NCBI GenBank assembly: GCA_032718475.1
Contig: JAUCBJ010005547.1
Span: 1 to 46,031 of the forward strand
Reading direction: 5' to 3'
Length of the DNA stretch: 46,031 nucleotides
Source: Nemertoderma westbladi
Taxonomy: Eukaryota; Animalia; Xenacoelomorpha
Part shown: one piece after another, positions 1 through 13,300 of the stretch
How the letters are laid out: each line of letters begins with the position of its first letter
Numbering within the stretch: position 1 is the stretch's first letter
The notes under the pieces: generated by a model
Told to the model about the DNA's origin: nothing
What the model saw: only the letters and a program-made list of their open reading frames with translations
The model's database searches: none
Position numbers and translations under genes: made by a program

Positions 1-575
1 ATGTCCTTAGATCATCATAATGATGATGGGGTGATGATAACTCCACCTACTGGCTCCAGAAGTCGAGGAAATCCTGCCAAGTACCTAACTGATCTAGACT
101 TTGCTGATGACTTAGGAGTACTCTCAGAATCATTAGAGGGAGCCCAGCGGCTCCTCAGCTCATTAGAACATGCTGCTTCTAGTGTTGGTCTTTTTATTAA
201 CTCCAGAAAGACCAAAATTCTGACAGTTAACTTTGAAAGTCCTCAGCAAGTCTCTGATCGGATGAGCATAAGCTCAAAGGATGGTATGCTTGAGCATGTG
301 GACGACTTCTGTTACCTGGGATCATGGATCCGGAAGTCAGGTGAGGACCTTCGAATACGTAAGGGAAAGGCATGGGCAGCCTTGAATAGGCTTTCCAGGA
401 TTTGGAAGTCACCTAGAATTAATCGGAAACTTAAGGTCCGATTATTTAGAGCAGCAGTAGTTCCAGTACTCCTCTACGGGAGTCCATGCTGGGCTCTAAC
501 TGCTGAGGACACCAAATCTCTGGATGGCACATTCACAAGAATGCTACGCCGGGTACATTGTGTCAAGTACAATGC
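1..575 (+). mobile_element. Truncated non-LTR retrotransposon (LINE, RTE-like) ORF fragment: reverse transcriptase catalytic motif through the thumb region
   Basis: The translation contains LTDLDFADDL (the [Y/F]ADD catalytic box), GLFINSRKTK, FCYLGSWI and RIRKGKAWAALNRLSRIWKS..RKLKVRLFRAAVVPVLLYG..W..T...LDGTFTRMLRR, the typical C-terminal part of RTE-type LINE RTs. The Met at position 1 is probably internal, with the element continuing left of the window. Similarity stops at about 575, where the 42-bp repeat begins. It lies antisense to the zinc-finger gene. The clade assignment is from motif recognition only. Confidence 0.88.
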
Positions 576-1315
576 ACCAATAATAACAGCCGCTGGGAGA
601 GTGCACGCGAGGAGCAGACCAATAATAACAGCCGCTGGGAGAGTGCACTCGAGGAGCAGACCAATAATAACAGCCGCTGGGAGAGTGCACTCGAGGAGCA
701 GACCAATAATAACAGCCGCTGGGAGAGTGCACGCGAGGAGCAGACCAATAATAACAGCCGCTGGGAGAGTGCACGCGAGGAGCAGACCAATAATAACAGC
801 CGCTGGGAGAGTGCACTCGAGGAGCAGACCAATAATAACAGCCGCTGGGAGAGTGCACGCGAGGAGCAGACCAATAATAACAGCCGCTGGGAGAGTGCAC
901 TCGAGGAGCAGACCAATAATAACAGCCGCTGGGAGAGTGCACTCGAGGAGCAGACCAATAATAACAGCTGCTGGGAGAGTGCACGCGAGGAGCAGACCAA
1001 TAATAACAGCCGCTGGGAGAGTGCACGCGAGGAGCAGACCAATAATAACAGCCGCTGGGAGAGGGAGAGTGCACGCGAGGAGCAGACCAATAATAACAGC
1101 CGCTGGGAGAGTGCACGCGAGGAGCAGACCAATAATAACAGCCGCTGGGAGAGTGTACGCGAGGAGCAGACCAATAATAACAGCCGCTGGGAGAGTGCAC
1201 TCGAGGAGCAGACCAATAATAACAGCCGCTGGGAGAGTGCACTCGAGGAGCAGACCAATAATAACAGCCGCTGGGAGAGTGCACGCGAGGAGCAGACCAA
1301 TAATAACAGCCGCTG
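576..1315. repeat. 42-bp minisatellite, 17 full copies plus a 20-bp partial copy
   Basis: Unit ACCAATAATAACAGCCGCTGGGAGAGTGCAC(G/T)CGAGGAGCAG. Two common alleles (G/T), one GGGAGA duplication at 1057-1068 and two singleton substitutions. 17x42+6 = 720 bp places the last partial copy at 1296. Confidence 0.98.
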
Positions 1316-4300
1316 TGTATTATTATTAATTCAGACTCACTCTCCTATCCCGTGAGGGTACACGATGTATTATTATTAATTCAGACTCACTCTCCTATCC
1401 CGTGAGGGTACACGATGTATTATTATTATTATTAATTCAGACTCACTCTCCTATCCCGTGAGGGTACACGATGTATTATTATTATTAATTCAGACTCACT
1501 CTCCTATCCCGTGAGGGTACACGATGTATTATTATTATTATTAATTCAGACTCACTCTCCTATCCCGTGAGGGTACACGATGTATTATTATTATTATTAA
1601 TTCAGACTCACTCTCCTATCCCGTGAGGGTACACGATGTATTATTATTAATTCAGACTCACTCTCCTATCCCGTGAGGGTACACGATGTATTATTATTAA
1701 TTCAGACTCACTCTCCTATCCCGTGAGGGTACACGATGTATTATTATTATTATTAATTCAGACTCACTCTCCTATCCCGTGAGGGTACACGATGTATTAT
1801 TATTAATTCAGACTCACTCTCCTATCCCGTGAGGGTACACGATGTATTATTATTATTAATTCAGACTCACTCTCCTATCCCGTGAGGGTACACGATGTAT
1901 TATTATTATTATTAATTCAGACTCACTCTCCTATCCCGTGAGGGTACACGATGTATTATTATTAATTCAGACTCACTCTCCTATCCCGTGAGGGTACACG
2001 ATGTATTATTATTATTATTAATTCAGACTCACTCTCCTATCCCGTGAGGGTACACGATGTATTATTATTATTATTAATTCAGACTCACTCTCCTATCCCG
2101 TGAGGGTACACGATGTATTATTATTAATTCAGACTCACTCTCCTATCCCGTGAGGGTACACGATGTATTATTATTATTATTAATTCAGACTCACTCTCCT
2201 ATCCCGTGAGGGTACACGATGTATTATTATTAATTCAGACTCACTCTCCTATCCCGTGAGGGTACACGATGTATTATTATTATTATTAATTCAGACTCAC
2301 TCTCCTATCCCGTGAGGGTACACGATGTATTATTATTAATTCAGACTCACTCTCCTATCCCGTGAGGGTACACGATGTATTATTATTAATTCAGACTCAC
2401 TCTCCTATCCCGTGAGGGTACACGATGTATTATTATTATTATTAATTCAGACTCACTCTCCTATCCCGTGAGGGTACACGATGTATTATTATTAATTCAG
2501 ACTCACTCTCCTATCCCGTGAGGGTACACGATGTATTATTATTAATTCAGACTCACTCTCCTATCCCGTGAGGGTACACGATGTATTATTATTAATTCAG
2601 ACTCACTCTCCTATCCCGTGAGGGTACACGATGTATTATTATTAATTCAGACTCACTCTCCTATCCCGTGAGGGTACACGATGTATTATTATTATTATTA
2701 ATTCAGACTCACTCTCCTATCCCGTGAGGGTACACGATGTATTATTATTAATTCAGACTCACTCTCCTATCCCGTGAGGGTACACGATGTATTATTATTA
2801 ATTCAGACTCACTCTCCTATCCCGTGAGGGTACACGATGTATTATTATTATTATTAATTCAGACTCACTCTCCTATCCCGTGAGGGTACACGATGTATTA
2901 TTATTAATTCAGACTCACTCTCCTATCCCGTGAGGGTACACGATGTATTATTATTATTATAATTCAGACTCACTCTCCTATCCCGTGAGGGTACACGATG
3001 TATTATTATTAATTCAGACTCACTCTCCTATCCCGTGAGGGTACACGATGTATTATTATTAATTCAGACTCACTCTCCTATCCCGTGAGGGTACACGATG
3101 TATTATTATTATTATTAATTCAGACTCACTCTCCTATCCCGTGAGGGCACACGATGTATTATTATTAATTCAGACTCACTCTCCTATCCCGTGAGGGTAC
3201 ACGATGTATTATTATTATTATTATTCAGACTCACTCTCCTATCCCGTGAGGGTACACGATGTATTATTATTATTATTAATTCAGACTCACTCTCCTATCC
3301 CGTGAGGGTACACGATGTATTATTATTAATTCAGACTCACTCTCCTATCCCGTGAGGGTACACGATGTATTATTATTATTATTAATTCAGACTCACTCTC
3401 CTATCCCGTGAGGGTACACGATGTATTATTATTAATTCAGACTCACTCTCCTATCCCGTGAGGGTACACGATGTATTATTATTAATTCAGACTCACTCTC
3501 CTATCCCGTGAGGGTACACGATGTATTATTATTATTATTAATTCAGACTCACTCTCCTATCCCGTGAGGGTACACGATGTATTATTATTATTATTAATTC
3601 AGACTCACTCTCCTATCCCGTGAGGGTACACGATGTATTATTATTAATTCAGACTCACTCTCCTATCCCGTGAGGGTACACGATGTATTATTATTAATTC
3701 AGACTCACTCTCCTATCCCGTGAGGGTACACGATGTATTATTATTATTATTAATTCAGACTCACTCTCCTATCCCGTGAGGGTACACGATGTATTATTAT
3801 TAATTCAGACTCACTCTCCTATCCCGTGAGGGTACACGATGTATTATTATTATTATTAATTCAGACTCACTCTCCTATCCCGTGAGGGTACACGATGTAT
3901 TATTATTATTATTAATTCAGACTCACTCTCCTATCCCGTGAGGGTACACGATGTATTATTATTATTATTAATTCAGACTCACTCTCCTATCCCGTGAGGG
4001 TACACGATGTATTATTATTAATTCAGACTCACTCTCCTATCCCGTGAGGGTACACGATGTATTATTATTAATTCAGACTCACTCTCCTATCCCGTGAGGG
4101 TACACGATGTATTATTATTATTATTAATTCAGACTCACTCTCCTATCCCGTGAGGGTACACGATGTTTATTATTATTATTAATTCAGACTCACTCTCCTA
4201 TCCCGTGAGGGTACACGATGTATTATTATTATTATTAATTCAGACTCACTCTCCTATCCCGTGAGGGTACACGATGTATTATTATTAATTCAGACTCACT

Positions 4301-7300
4301 CTCCTATCCCGTGAGGGTACACGATGTATTATTATTATTAATTCAGACTCACTCTCCTATCCCGTGAGGGTACACGATGTATTATTATTATTATTAATTC
4401 AGACTCACTCTCCTATCCCGTGAGGGTACACGATGTATTATTATTATTATTAATTCAGACTCACTCTCCTATCCCGTGAGGGTACACGATGTATTATTAT
4501 TAATTCAGACTCACTCTCCTATCCCGTGAGGGTACACGATGTATTATTATTAATTCAGACTCACTCTCCTATCCCGTGAGGGTACACGATGTATTATTAT
4601 TATTATTAATTCAGACTCACTCTCCTATCCCGTGAGGGTACACGATGTATTATTATTATTATTAATTCAGACTCACTCTCCTATCCCGTGAGGGTACACG
4701 ATGTATTATTATTATTATTAATTCAGACTCACTCTCCTATCCCGTGAGGGTACACGATGTATTATTATTATTATTAATTCAGACTCACTCTCCTATCCCG
4801 TGAGGGTACACGATGTATTATTATTAATTCAGACTCACTCTCCTATCCCGTGAGGGTACACGATGTATTATTATTAATTCAGACTCACTCTCCTATCCCG
4901 TGAGGGTACACGATGTATTATTATTATTATTAATTCAGACTCACTCTCCTATCCCGTGAGGGTACACGATGTATTATTATTATTATTAATTCAGACTCAC
5001 TCTCCTATCCCGTGAGGGTACACGATGTATTATTATTATTATTAATTCAGACTCACTCTCCTATCCCGTGAGGGTACACGATGTATTATTATTAATTCAG
5101 ACTCACTCTCCTATCCCGTGAGGGTACACGATGTATTATTATTATTATTAATTCAGACTCACTCTCCTATCCCGTGAGGGTACACGATGTATTATTATTA
5201 ATTCAGACTCACTCTCCTATCCCGTGAGGGTACACGATGTATTATTATTAATTCAGACTCACTCTCCTATCCCGTGAGGGTACACGATGTATTATTATTA
5301 TTATTAATTCAGACTCACTCTCCTATCCCGTGAGGGTACACGATGTATTATTATTATTATTAATTCAGACTCACTCTCCTATCCCGTGAGGGTACACGAT
5401 GTATTATTATTAATTCAGACTCACTCTCCTATCCCGTGAGGGTACACGATGTATTATTATTAATTCAGACTCACTCTCCTATCCCGTGAGGGTACACGAT
5501 GTATTATTATTATTATTAATTCAGACTCACTCTCCTATCCCGTGAGGGTACACGATGTATTATTATTATTATTAATTCAGACTCACTCTCCTATCCCGTG
5601 AGGGTACACGATGTATTATTATTATTATTAATTCAGACTCACTCTCCTATCCCGTGAGGGTACACGATGTATTATTATTATTATTAATTCAGACTCACTC
5701 TCCTATCCCGTGAGGGTACACGATGTATTATTATTATTATTAATTCAGACTCACTCTCCTATCCCGTGAGGGTACACGATGTATTATTATTAATTCAGAC
5801 TCACTCTCCTATCCCGTGAGGGTACACGATGTATTATTATTATTATTAATTCAGACTCACTCTCCTATCCCGTGAGGGTACACGATGTATTATTATTAAT
5901 TCAGACTCACTCTCCTATCCCGTGAGGGTACACGATGTATTATTATTAATTCAGACTCACTCTCCTATCCCGTGAGGGTACACGATGTATTATTATTATT
6001 ATTAATTCAGACTCACTCTCCTATCCCGTGAGGGTACACGATGTATTATTATTAATTCAGACTCACTCTCCTATCCCGTGAGGGTACACGATGTATTATT
6101 ATTATTATTAATTCAGACTCACTCTCCTATCCCGTGAGGGTACACGATGTATTATTATTAATTCAGACTCACTCTCCTATCCCGTGAGGGTACACGATGT
6201 ATTATTATTATTATTAATTCAGACTCACTCTCCTATCCCGTGAGGGTACACGATGTATTATTATTATTATTAATTCAGACTCACTCTCCTATCCCGTGAG
6301 GGTACACGATGTATTATTATTAATTCAGACTCACTCTCCTATCCCGTGAGGGTACACGATGTATTATTATTATTAATTCAGACTCACTCTCCTATCCCGT
6401 GAGGGTACACGATGTATTATTATTATTATTATTCAGACTCACTCTCCTATCCCGTGAGGGTACACGATGTATTATTATTATTATTAATTCAGACTCACTC
6501 TCCTATCCCGTGAGGGTACACGATGTATTATTATTAATTCAGACTCACTCTCCTATCCCGTGAGGGTACACGATGTTTATTATTATTATTAATTCAGACT
6601 CACTCTCCTATCCCGTGAGGGTACACGATGTATTATTATTATTATTAATTCAGACTCACTCTCCTATCCCGTGAGGGTACACGATGTATTATTATTATTA
6701 ATTCAGACTCACTCTCCTATCCCGTGAGGGTACACGATGTATTATTATTAATTCAGACTCACTCTCCTATCCCGTGAGGGTACACGATGTATTATTATTA
6801 ATTCAGACTCACTCTCCTATCCCGTGAGGGTACACGATGTATTATTATTATTATTAATTCAGACTCACTCTCCTATCCCGTGAGGGTACACGATGTATTA
6901 TTATTAATTCAGACTCACTCTCCTATCCCGTGAGGGTACACGATGTATTATTATTATTATTAATTCAGACTCACTCTCCTATCCCGTGAGGGTACACGAT
7001 GTATTATTATTAATTCAGACTCACTCTCCTATCCCGTGAGGGTACACGATGTATTATTATTAATTCAGACTCACTCTCCTATCCCGTGAGGGTACACGAT
7101 GTATTATTATTATTAATTCAGACTCACTCTCCTATCCCGTGAGGGTACACGATGTATTATTATTATTATTAATTCAGACTCACTCTCCTATCCCGTGAGG
7201 GTACACGATGTATTATTATTAATTCAGACTCACTCTCCTATCCCGTGAGGGTACACGATGTATTATTATTATTATTAATTCAGACTCACTCTCCTATCCC

Positions 7301-10300
7301 GTGAGGGTACACGATGTATTATTATTAATTCAGACTCACTCTCCTATCCCGTGAGGGTACACGATGTATTATTATTAATTCAGACTCACTCTCCTATCCC
7401 GTGAGGGTACACGATGTATTATTATTATTATTAATTCAGACTCACTCTCCTATCCCGTGAGGGTACACGATGTATTATTATTATTATTAATTCAGACTCA
7501 CTCTCCTATCCCGTGAGGGTACACGATGTATTATTATTAATTCAGACTCACTCTCCTATCCCGTGAGGGTACACGATGTATTATTATTATTAATTCAGAC
7601 TCACTCTCCTATCCCGTGAGGGTACACGATGTATTATTATTAATTCAGACTCACTCTCCTATCCCGTGAGGGTACACGATGTATTATTATTATTATTAAT
7701 CAGACTCACTCTCCTATCCCGTGAGGGTACACGATGTATTATTATTATTATTAATTCAGACTCACTCTCCTATCCCGTGAGGGTACACGATGTATTATTA
7801 TTAATTCAGACTCACTCTCCTATCCCGTGAGGGTACACGATGTATTATTATTAATTCAGACTCACTCTCCTATCCCGTGAGGGTACACGATGTATTATTA
7901 TTAATTCAGACTCACTCTCCTATCCCGTGAGGGTACACGATGTATTATTATTATTATTAATTCAGACTCACTCTCCTATCCCGTGAGGGTACACGATGTA
8001 TTATTATTATTAATTCAGACTCACTCTCCTATCCCGTGAGGGTACACGATGTATTATTATTAATTCAGACTCACTCTCCTATCCCGTGAGGGTACACGAT
8101 GTATTATTATTAATTCAGACTCACTCTCCTATCCCGTGAGGGTACACGATGTATTATTATTATTATTAATTCAGACTCACTCTCCTATCCCGTGAGGGTA
8201 CACGATGTATTATTATTAATTCAGACTCACTCTCCTATCCCGTGAGGGTACACGATGTATTATTATTATTATTAATTCAGACTCACTCTCCTATCCCGTG
8301 AGGGTACACGATGTATTATTATTAATTCAGACTCACTCTCCTATCCCGTGAGGGTACACGATGTATTATTATTATTATTAATTCAGACTCACTCTCCTAT
8401 CCCGTGAGGGTACACGATGTATTATTATTATTATTAATTCAGACTCACTCTCCTATCCCGTGAGGGTACACGATGTATTATTATTATTATTAATTCAGAC
8501 TCACTCTCCTATCCCGTGAGGGTACACGATGTATTATTATTATTATTAATTCAGACTCACTCTCCTATCCCGTGAGGGTACACGATGTATTATTATTATT
8601 ATTAATTCAGACTCACTCTCCTATCCCGTGAGGGTACACGATGTATTATTATTATTATTCAGACTCACTCTCCTATCCCGTGAGGGTACACGATGTATTA
8701 TTATTATTATTAATTCAGACTCACTCTCCTATCCCGTGAGGGTACACGATGTATTATTATTATTATTAATTCAGACTCACTCTCCTATCCCGTGAGGGTA
8801 CACGATGTATTATTATTAATTCAGACTCACTCTCCTATCCCGTGAGGGTACACGATGTATTATTATTATTATTAATTCAGACTCACTCTCCTATCCCGTG
8901 AGGGTACACGATGTATTATTATTATTATTAATTCAGACTCACTCTCCTATCCCGTGAGGGTACACGATGTATTATTATTATTATTAATTCAGACTCACTC
9001 TCCTATCCCGTGAGGGTACACGATGTATTATTATTATTATTAATTCAGACTCACTCTCCTATCCCGTGAGGGTACACGATGTATTATTATTATTATTAAT
9101 TCAGACTCACTCTCCTATCCCGTGAGGGTACACGATGTATTATTATTATTAATTCAGACTCACTCTCCTATCCCGTGAGGGTACACGATGTATTATTATT
9201 AATTCAGACTCACTCTCCTATCCCGTGAGGGTACACGATGTATTATTATTATTATTAATTCAGACTCACTCTCCTATCCCGTGAGGGTACACGATGTATT
9301 ATTATTAATTCAGACTCACTCTCCTATCCCGTGAGGGTACACGATGTATTATTATTAATTCAGACTCACTCTCCTATCCCGTGAGGGTACACGATGTATT
9401 ATTATTATTATTAATTCAGACTCACTCTCCTATCCCGTGAGGGTACACGATGTATTATTATTATTATTAATTCAGACTCACTCTCCTATCCCGTGAGGGT
9501 ACACGATGTATTATTATTAATTCAGACTCACTCTCCTATCCCGTGAGGGTACACGATGTATTATTATTATTAATTCAGACTCACTCTCCTATCCCGTGAG
9601 GGTACACGATGTATTATTATTATTATTAATTCAGACTCACTCTCCTATCCCGTGAGGGTACACGATGTATTATTATTATTAATTCAGACTCACTCTCCTA
9701 TCCCGTGAGGGTACACGATGTATTATTATTAATTCAGACTCACTCTCCTATCCCGTGAGGGTACACGATGTATTATTATTAATTCAGACTCACTCTCCTA
9801 TCCCGTGAGGGTACACGATGTATTATTATTATTATTAATTCAGACTCACTCTCCTATCCCGTGAGGGTACACGATGTATTATTATTATTATTAATTCAGA
9901 CTCACTCTCCTATCCCGTGAGGGTACACGATGTATTATTATTATTATTAATTCAGACTCACTCTCCTATCCCGTGAGGGTACACGATGTATTATTATTAT
10001 TATTAATTCAGACTCACTCTCCTATCCCGTGAGGGTACACGATGTATTATTATTATTATTAATCAGACTCACTCTCCTATCCCGTGAGGGTACACGATGT
10101 ATTATTATTATTATTAATTCAGACTCACTCTCCTATCCCGTGAGGGTACACGATGTATTATTATTATTATTAATTCAGACTCACTCTCCTATCCCGTGAG
10201 GGTACACGATGTATTATTATTAATTCAGACTCACTCTCCTATCCCGTGAGGGTACACGATGTATTATTATTATTATTAATTCAGACTCACTCTCCTATCC

Positions 10301-13300
10301 CGTGAGGGTACACGATGTATTATTATTAATTCAGACTCACTCTCCTATCCCGTGAGGGTACACGATGTATTATTATTATTATTAATTCAGACTCACTCTC
10401 CTATCCCGTGAGGGTACACGATGTATTATTATTATTATTAATTCAGACTCACTCTCCTATCCCGTGAGGGTACACGATGTATTATTATTATTATTAACTC
10501 AGACTCACTCTCCTATCCCGTGAGGGTACACGATGTATTATTATTAATTCAGACTCACTCTCCTATCCCGTGAGGGTACACGATGTATTATTATTAATTC
10601 AGACTCACTCTCCTATCCCGTGAGGGTACACGATGTATTATTATTATTATTCAGACTCACTCTCCTATCCCGTGAGGGTACACGATGTATTATTATTATT
10701 ATTAACTCAGACTCACTCTCCTATCCCGTGAGGGTACACGATGTATTATTATTAATTCAGACTCACTCTCCTATCCCGTGAGGGTACACGATGTATTATT
10801 ATTAACTCAGACTCACTCTCCTATCCCGTGAGGGTACACGATGTATTATTATTATTATTAATTCAGACTCACTCTCCTATCCCGTGAGGGTACACGATGT
10901 ATTATTATTATTATTAACTCAGACTCACTCTCCTATCCCGTGAGGGTACACGATGTATTATTATTATTATTAATTCAGACTCACTCTCCTATCCCGTGAG
11001 GGTACACGATGTATTATTATTAATTCAGACTCACTCTCCTATCCCGTGAGGGTACACGATGTATTATTATTAATTCAGACTCACTCTCCTATCCCGTGAG
11101 GGTACACGATGTATTATTATTAATTCAGACTCACTCTCCTATCCCGTGAGGGTACACGATGTATTATTATTATTATTAATTCAGACTCACTCTCCTATCC
11201 CGTGAGGGTACACGATGTATTATTATTAATTCAGACTCACTCTCCTATCCCGTGAGGGTACACGATGTATTATTATTATTATTAATTCAGACTCACTCTC
11301 CTATCCCGTGAGGGTACACGATGTATTATTATTAATTCAGACTCACTCTCCTATCCCGTGAGGGTACACGATGTATTATTATTATTATTAATTCAGACTC
11401 ACTCTCCTATCCCGTGAGGGTACACGATGTATTATTATTAATTCAGACTCACTCTCCTATCCCGTGAGGGTACACGATGTATTATTATTATTATTAATTC
11501 AGACTCACTCTCCTATCCCGTGAGGGTACACGATGTATTATTATTATTATTAATTCAGACTCACTCTCCTATCCCGTGAGGGTACACGATGTATTATTAT
11601 TAATTCAGACTCACTCTCCTATCCCGTGAGGGTACACGATGTATTATTATTATTATTAATTCAGACTCACTCTCCTATCCCGTGAGGGTACACGATGTAT
11701 TATTATTATTATTAATTCAGACTCACTCTCCTATCCCGTGAGGGTACACGATGTATTATTATTATTATTAATCAGACTCACTCTCCTATCCCGTGAGGGT
11801 ACACGATGTATTATTATTATTATTAATCAGACTCACTCTCCTATCCCGTGAGGGTACACGATGTATTATTATTAATTCAGACTCACTCTCCTATCCCGTG
11901 AGGGTACACGATGTATTATTATTATTATTAATTCAGACTCACTCTCCTATCCCGTGAGGGTACACGATGTATTATTATTATTAATTCAGACTCACTCTCC
12001 TATCCCGTGAGGGTACACGATGTATTATTATTATTATTAACTCAGACTCACTCTCCTATCCCGTGAGGGTACACGATGTATTATTATTATTATTAACTCA
12101 GACTCACTCTCCTATCCCGTGAGGGTACACGATGTATTATTATTATTATTAATTCAGACTCACTCTCCTATCCCGTGAGGGTACACGATGTATTATTATT
12201 AATTCAGACTCACTCTCCTATCCCGTGAGGGTACACGATGTATTATTATTATTATTAATTCAGACTCACTCTCCTATCCCGTGAGGGTACACGATGTATT
12301 ATTATTATTATTAACTCAGACTCACTCTCCTATCCCGTGAGGGTACACGATGTATTATTATTATTATTAATTCAGACTCACTCTCCTATCCCGTGAGGGT
12401 ACACGATGTATTATTATTAATTCAGACTCACTCTCCTATCCCGTGAGGGTACACGATGTATTATTATTAATTCAGACTCACTCTCCTATCCCGTGAGGGT
12501 ACACGATGTATTATTATTAATTCAGACTCACTCTCCTATCCCGTGAGGGTACACGATGTATTATTATTATTATTAATTCAGACTCACTCTCCTATCCCGT
12601 GAGGGTACACGATGTATTATTATTAATTCAGACTCACTCTCCTATCCCGTGAGGGTACACGATGTATTATTATTATTATTAATTCAGACTCACTCTCCTA
12701 TCCCGTGAGGGTACACGATGTATTATTATTAATTCAGACTCACTCTCCTATCCCGTGAGGGTACACGATGTATTATTATTATTATTAATTCAGACTCACT
12801 CTCCTATCCCGTGAGGGTACACGATGTATTATTATTAATTCAGACTCACTCTCCTATCCCGTGAGGGTACACGATGTATTATTATTATTATTAATTCAGA
12901 CTCACTCTCCTATCCCGTGAGGGTACACGATGTATTATTATTATTATTAATTCAGACTCACTCTCCTATCCCGTGAGGGTACACGATGTATTATTATTAA
13001 TTCAGACTCACTCTCCTATCCCGTGAGGGTACACGATGTATTATTATTATTATTAATTCAGACTCACTCTCCTATCCCGTGAGGGTACACGATGTATTAT
13101 TATTATTATTAATTCAGACTCACTCTCCTATCCCGTGAGGGTACACGATGTATTATTATTAATTCAGACTCACTCTCCTATCCCGTGAGGGTACACGATG
13201 TATTATTATTATTATTAATTCAGACTCACTCTCCTATCCCGTGAGGGTACACGATGTATTATTATTAATTCAGACTCACTCTCCTATCCCGTGAGGGTAC

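Noticed and set aside
15-412. Short minus-strand ORFs 15-215 and 227-412
   Set aside because: They are antisense to the RT coding frame and have no recognisable motifs.
576-1315. 42-bp unit as the amplified acceptor of the next host exon (minus strand CACTCTCCCAG|CGG; QRLL resembles a Polybromo motif)
   Set aside because: The last copy runs into antisense LINE sequence and reaches a stop within about 16 codons in the required phase, and the QRLL match is only 4 residues. It remains at most a cryptic acceptor.
544-1355. Repetitive ORFs 544-1284 (-), 558-1355 (+) and 563-1300 (-) as real proteins
   Set aside because: They are by-products of a 42-bp unit (a multiple of 3) that lacks stops in five of six frames.
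576-1400. Common origin of the two repeat units (shared GGAGAGTG and AATAATA in opposite orientation)
   Set aside because: The matches are 7-8 bp with different spacing. The 50-bp unit is fully explained by the exon-intron junction.
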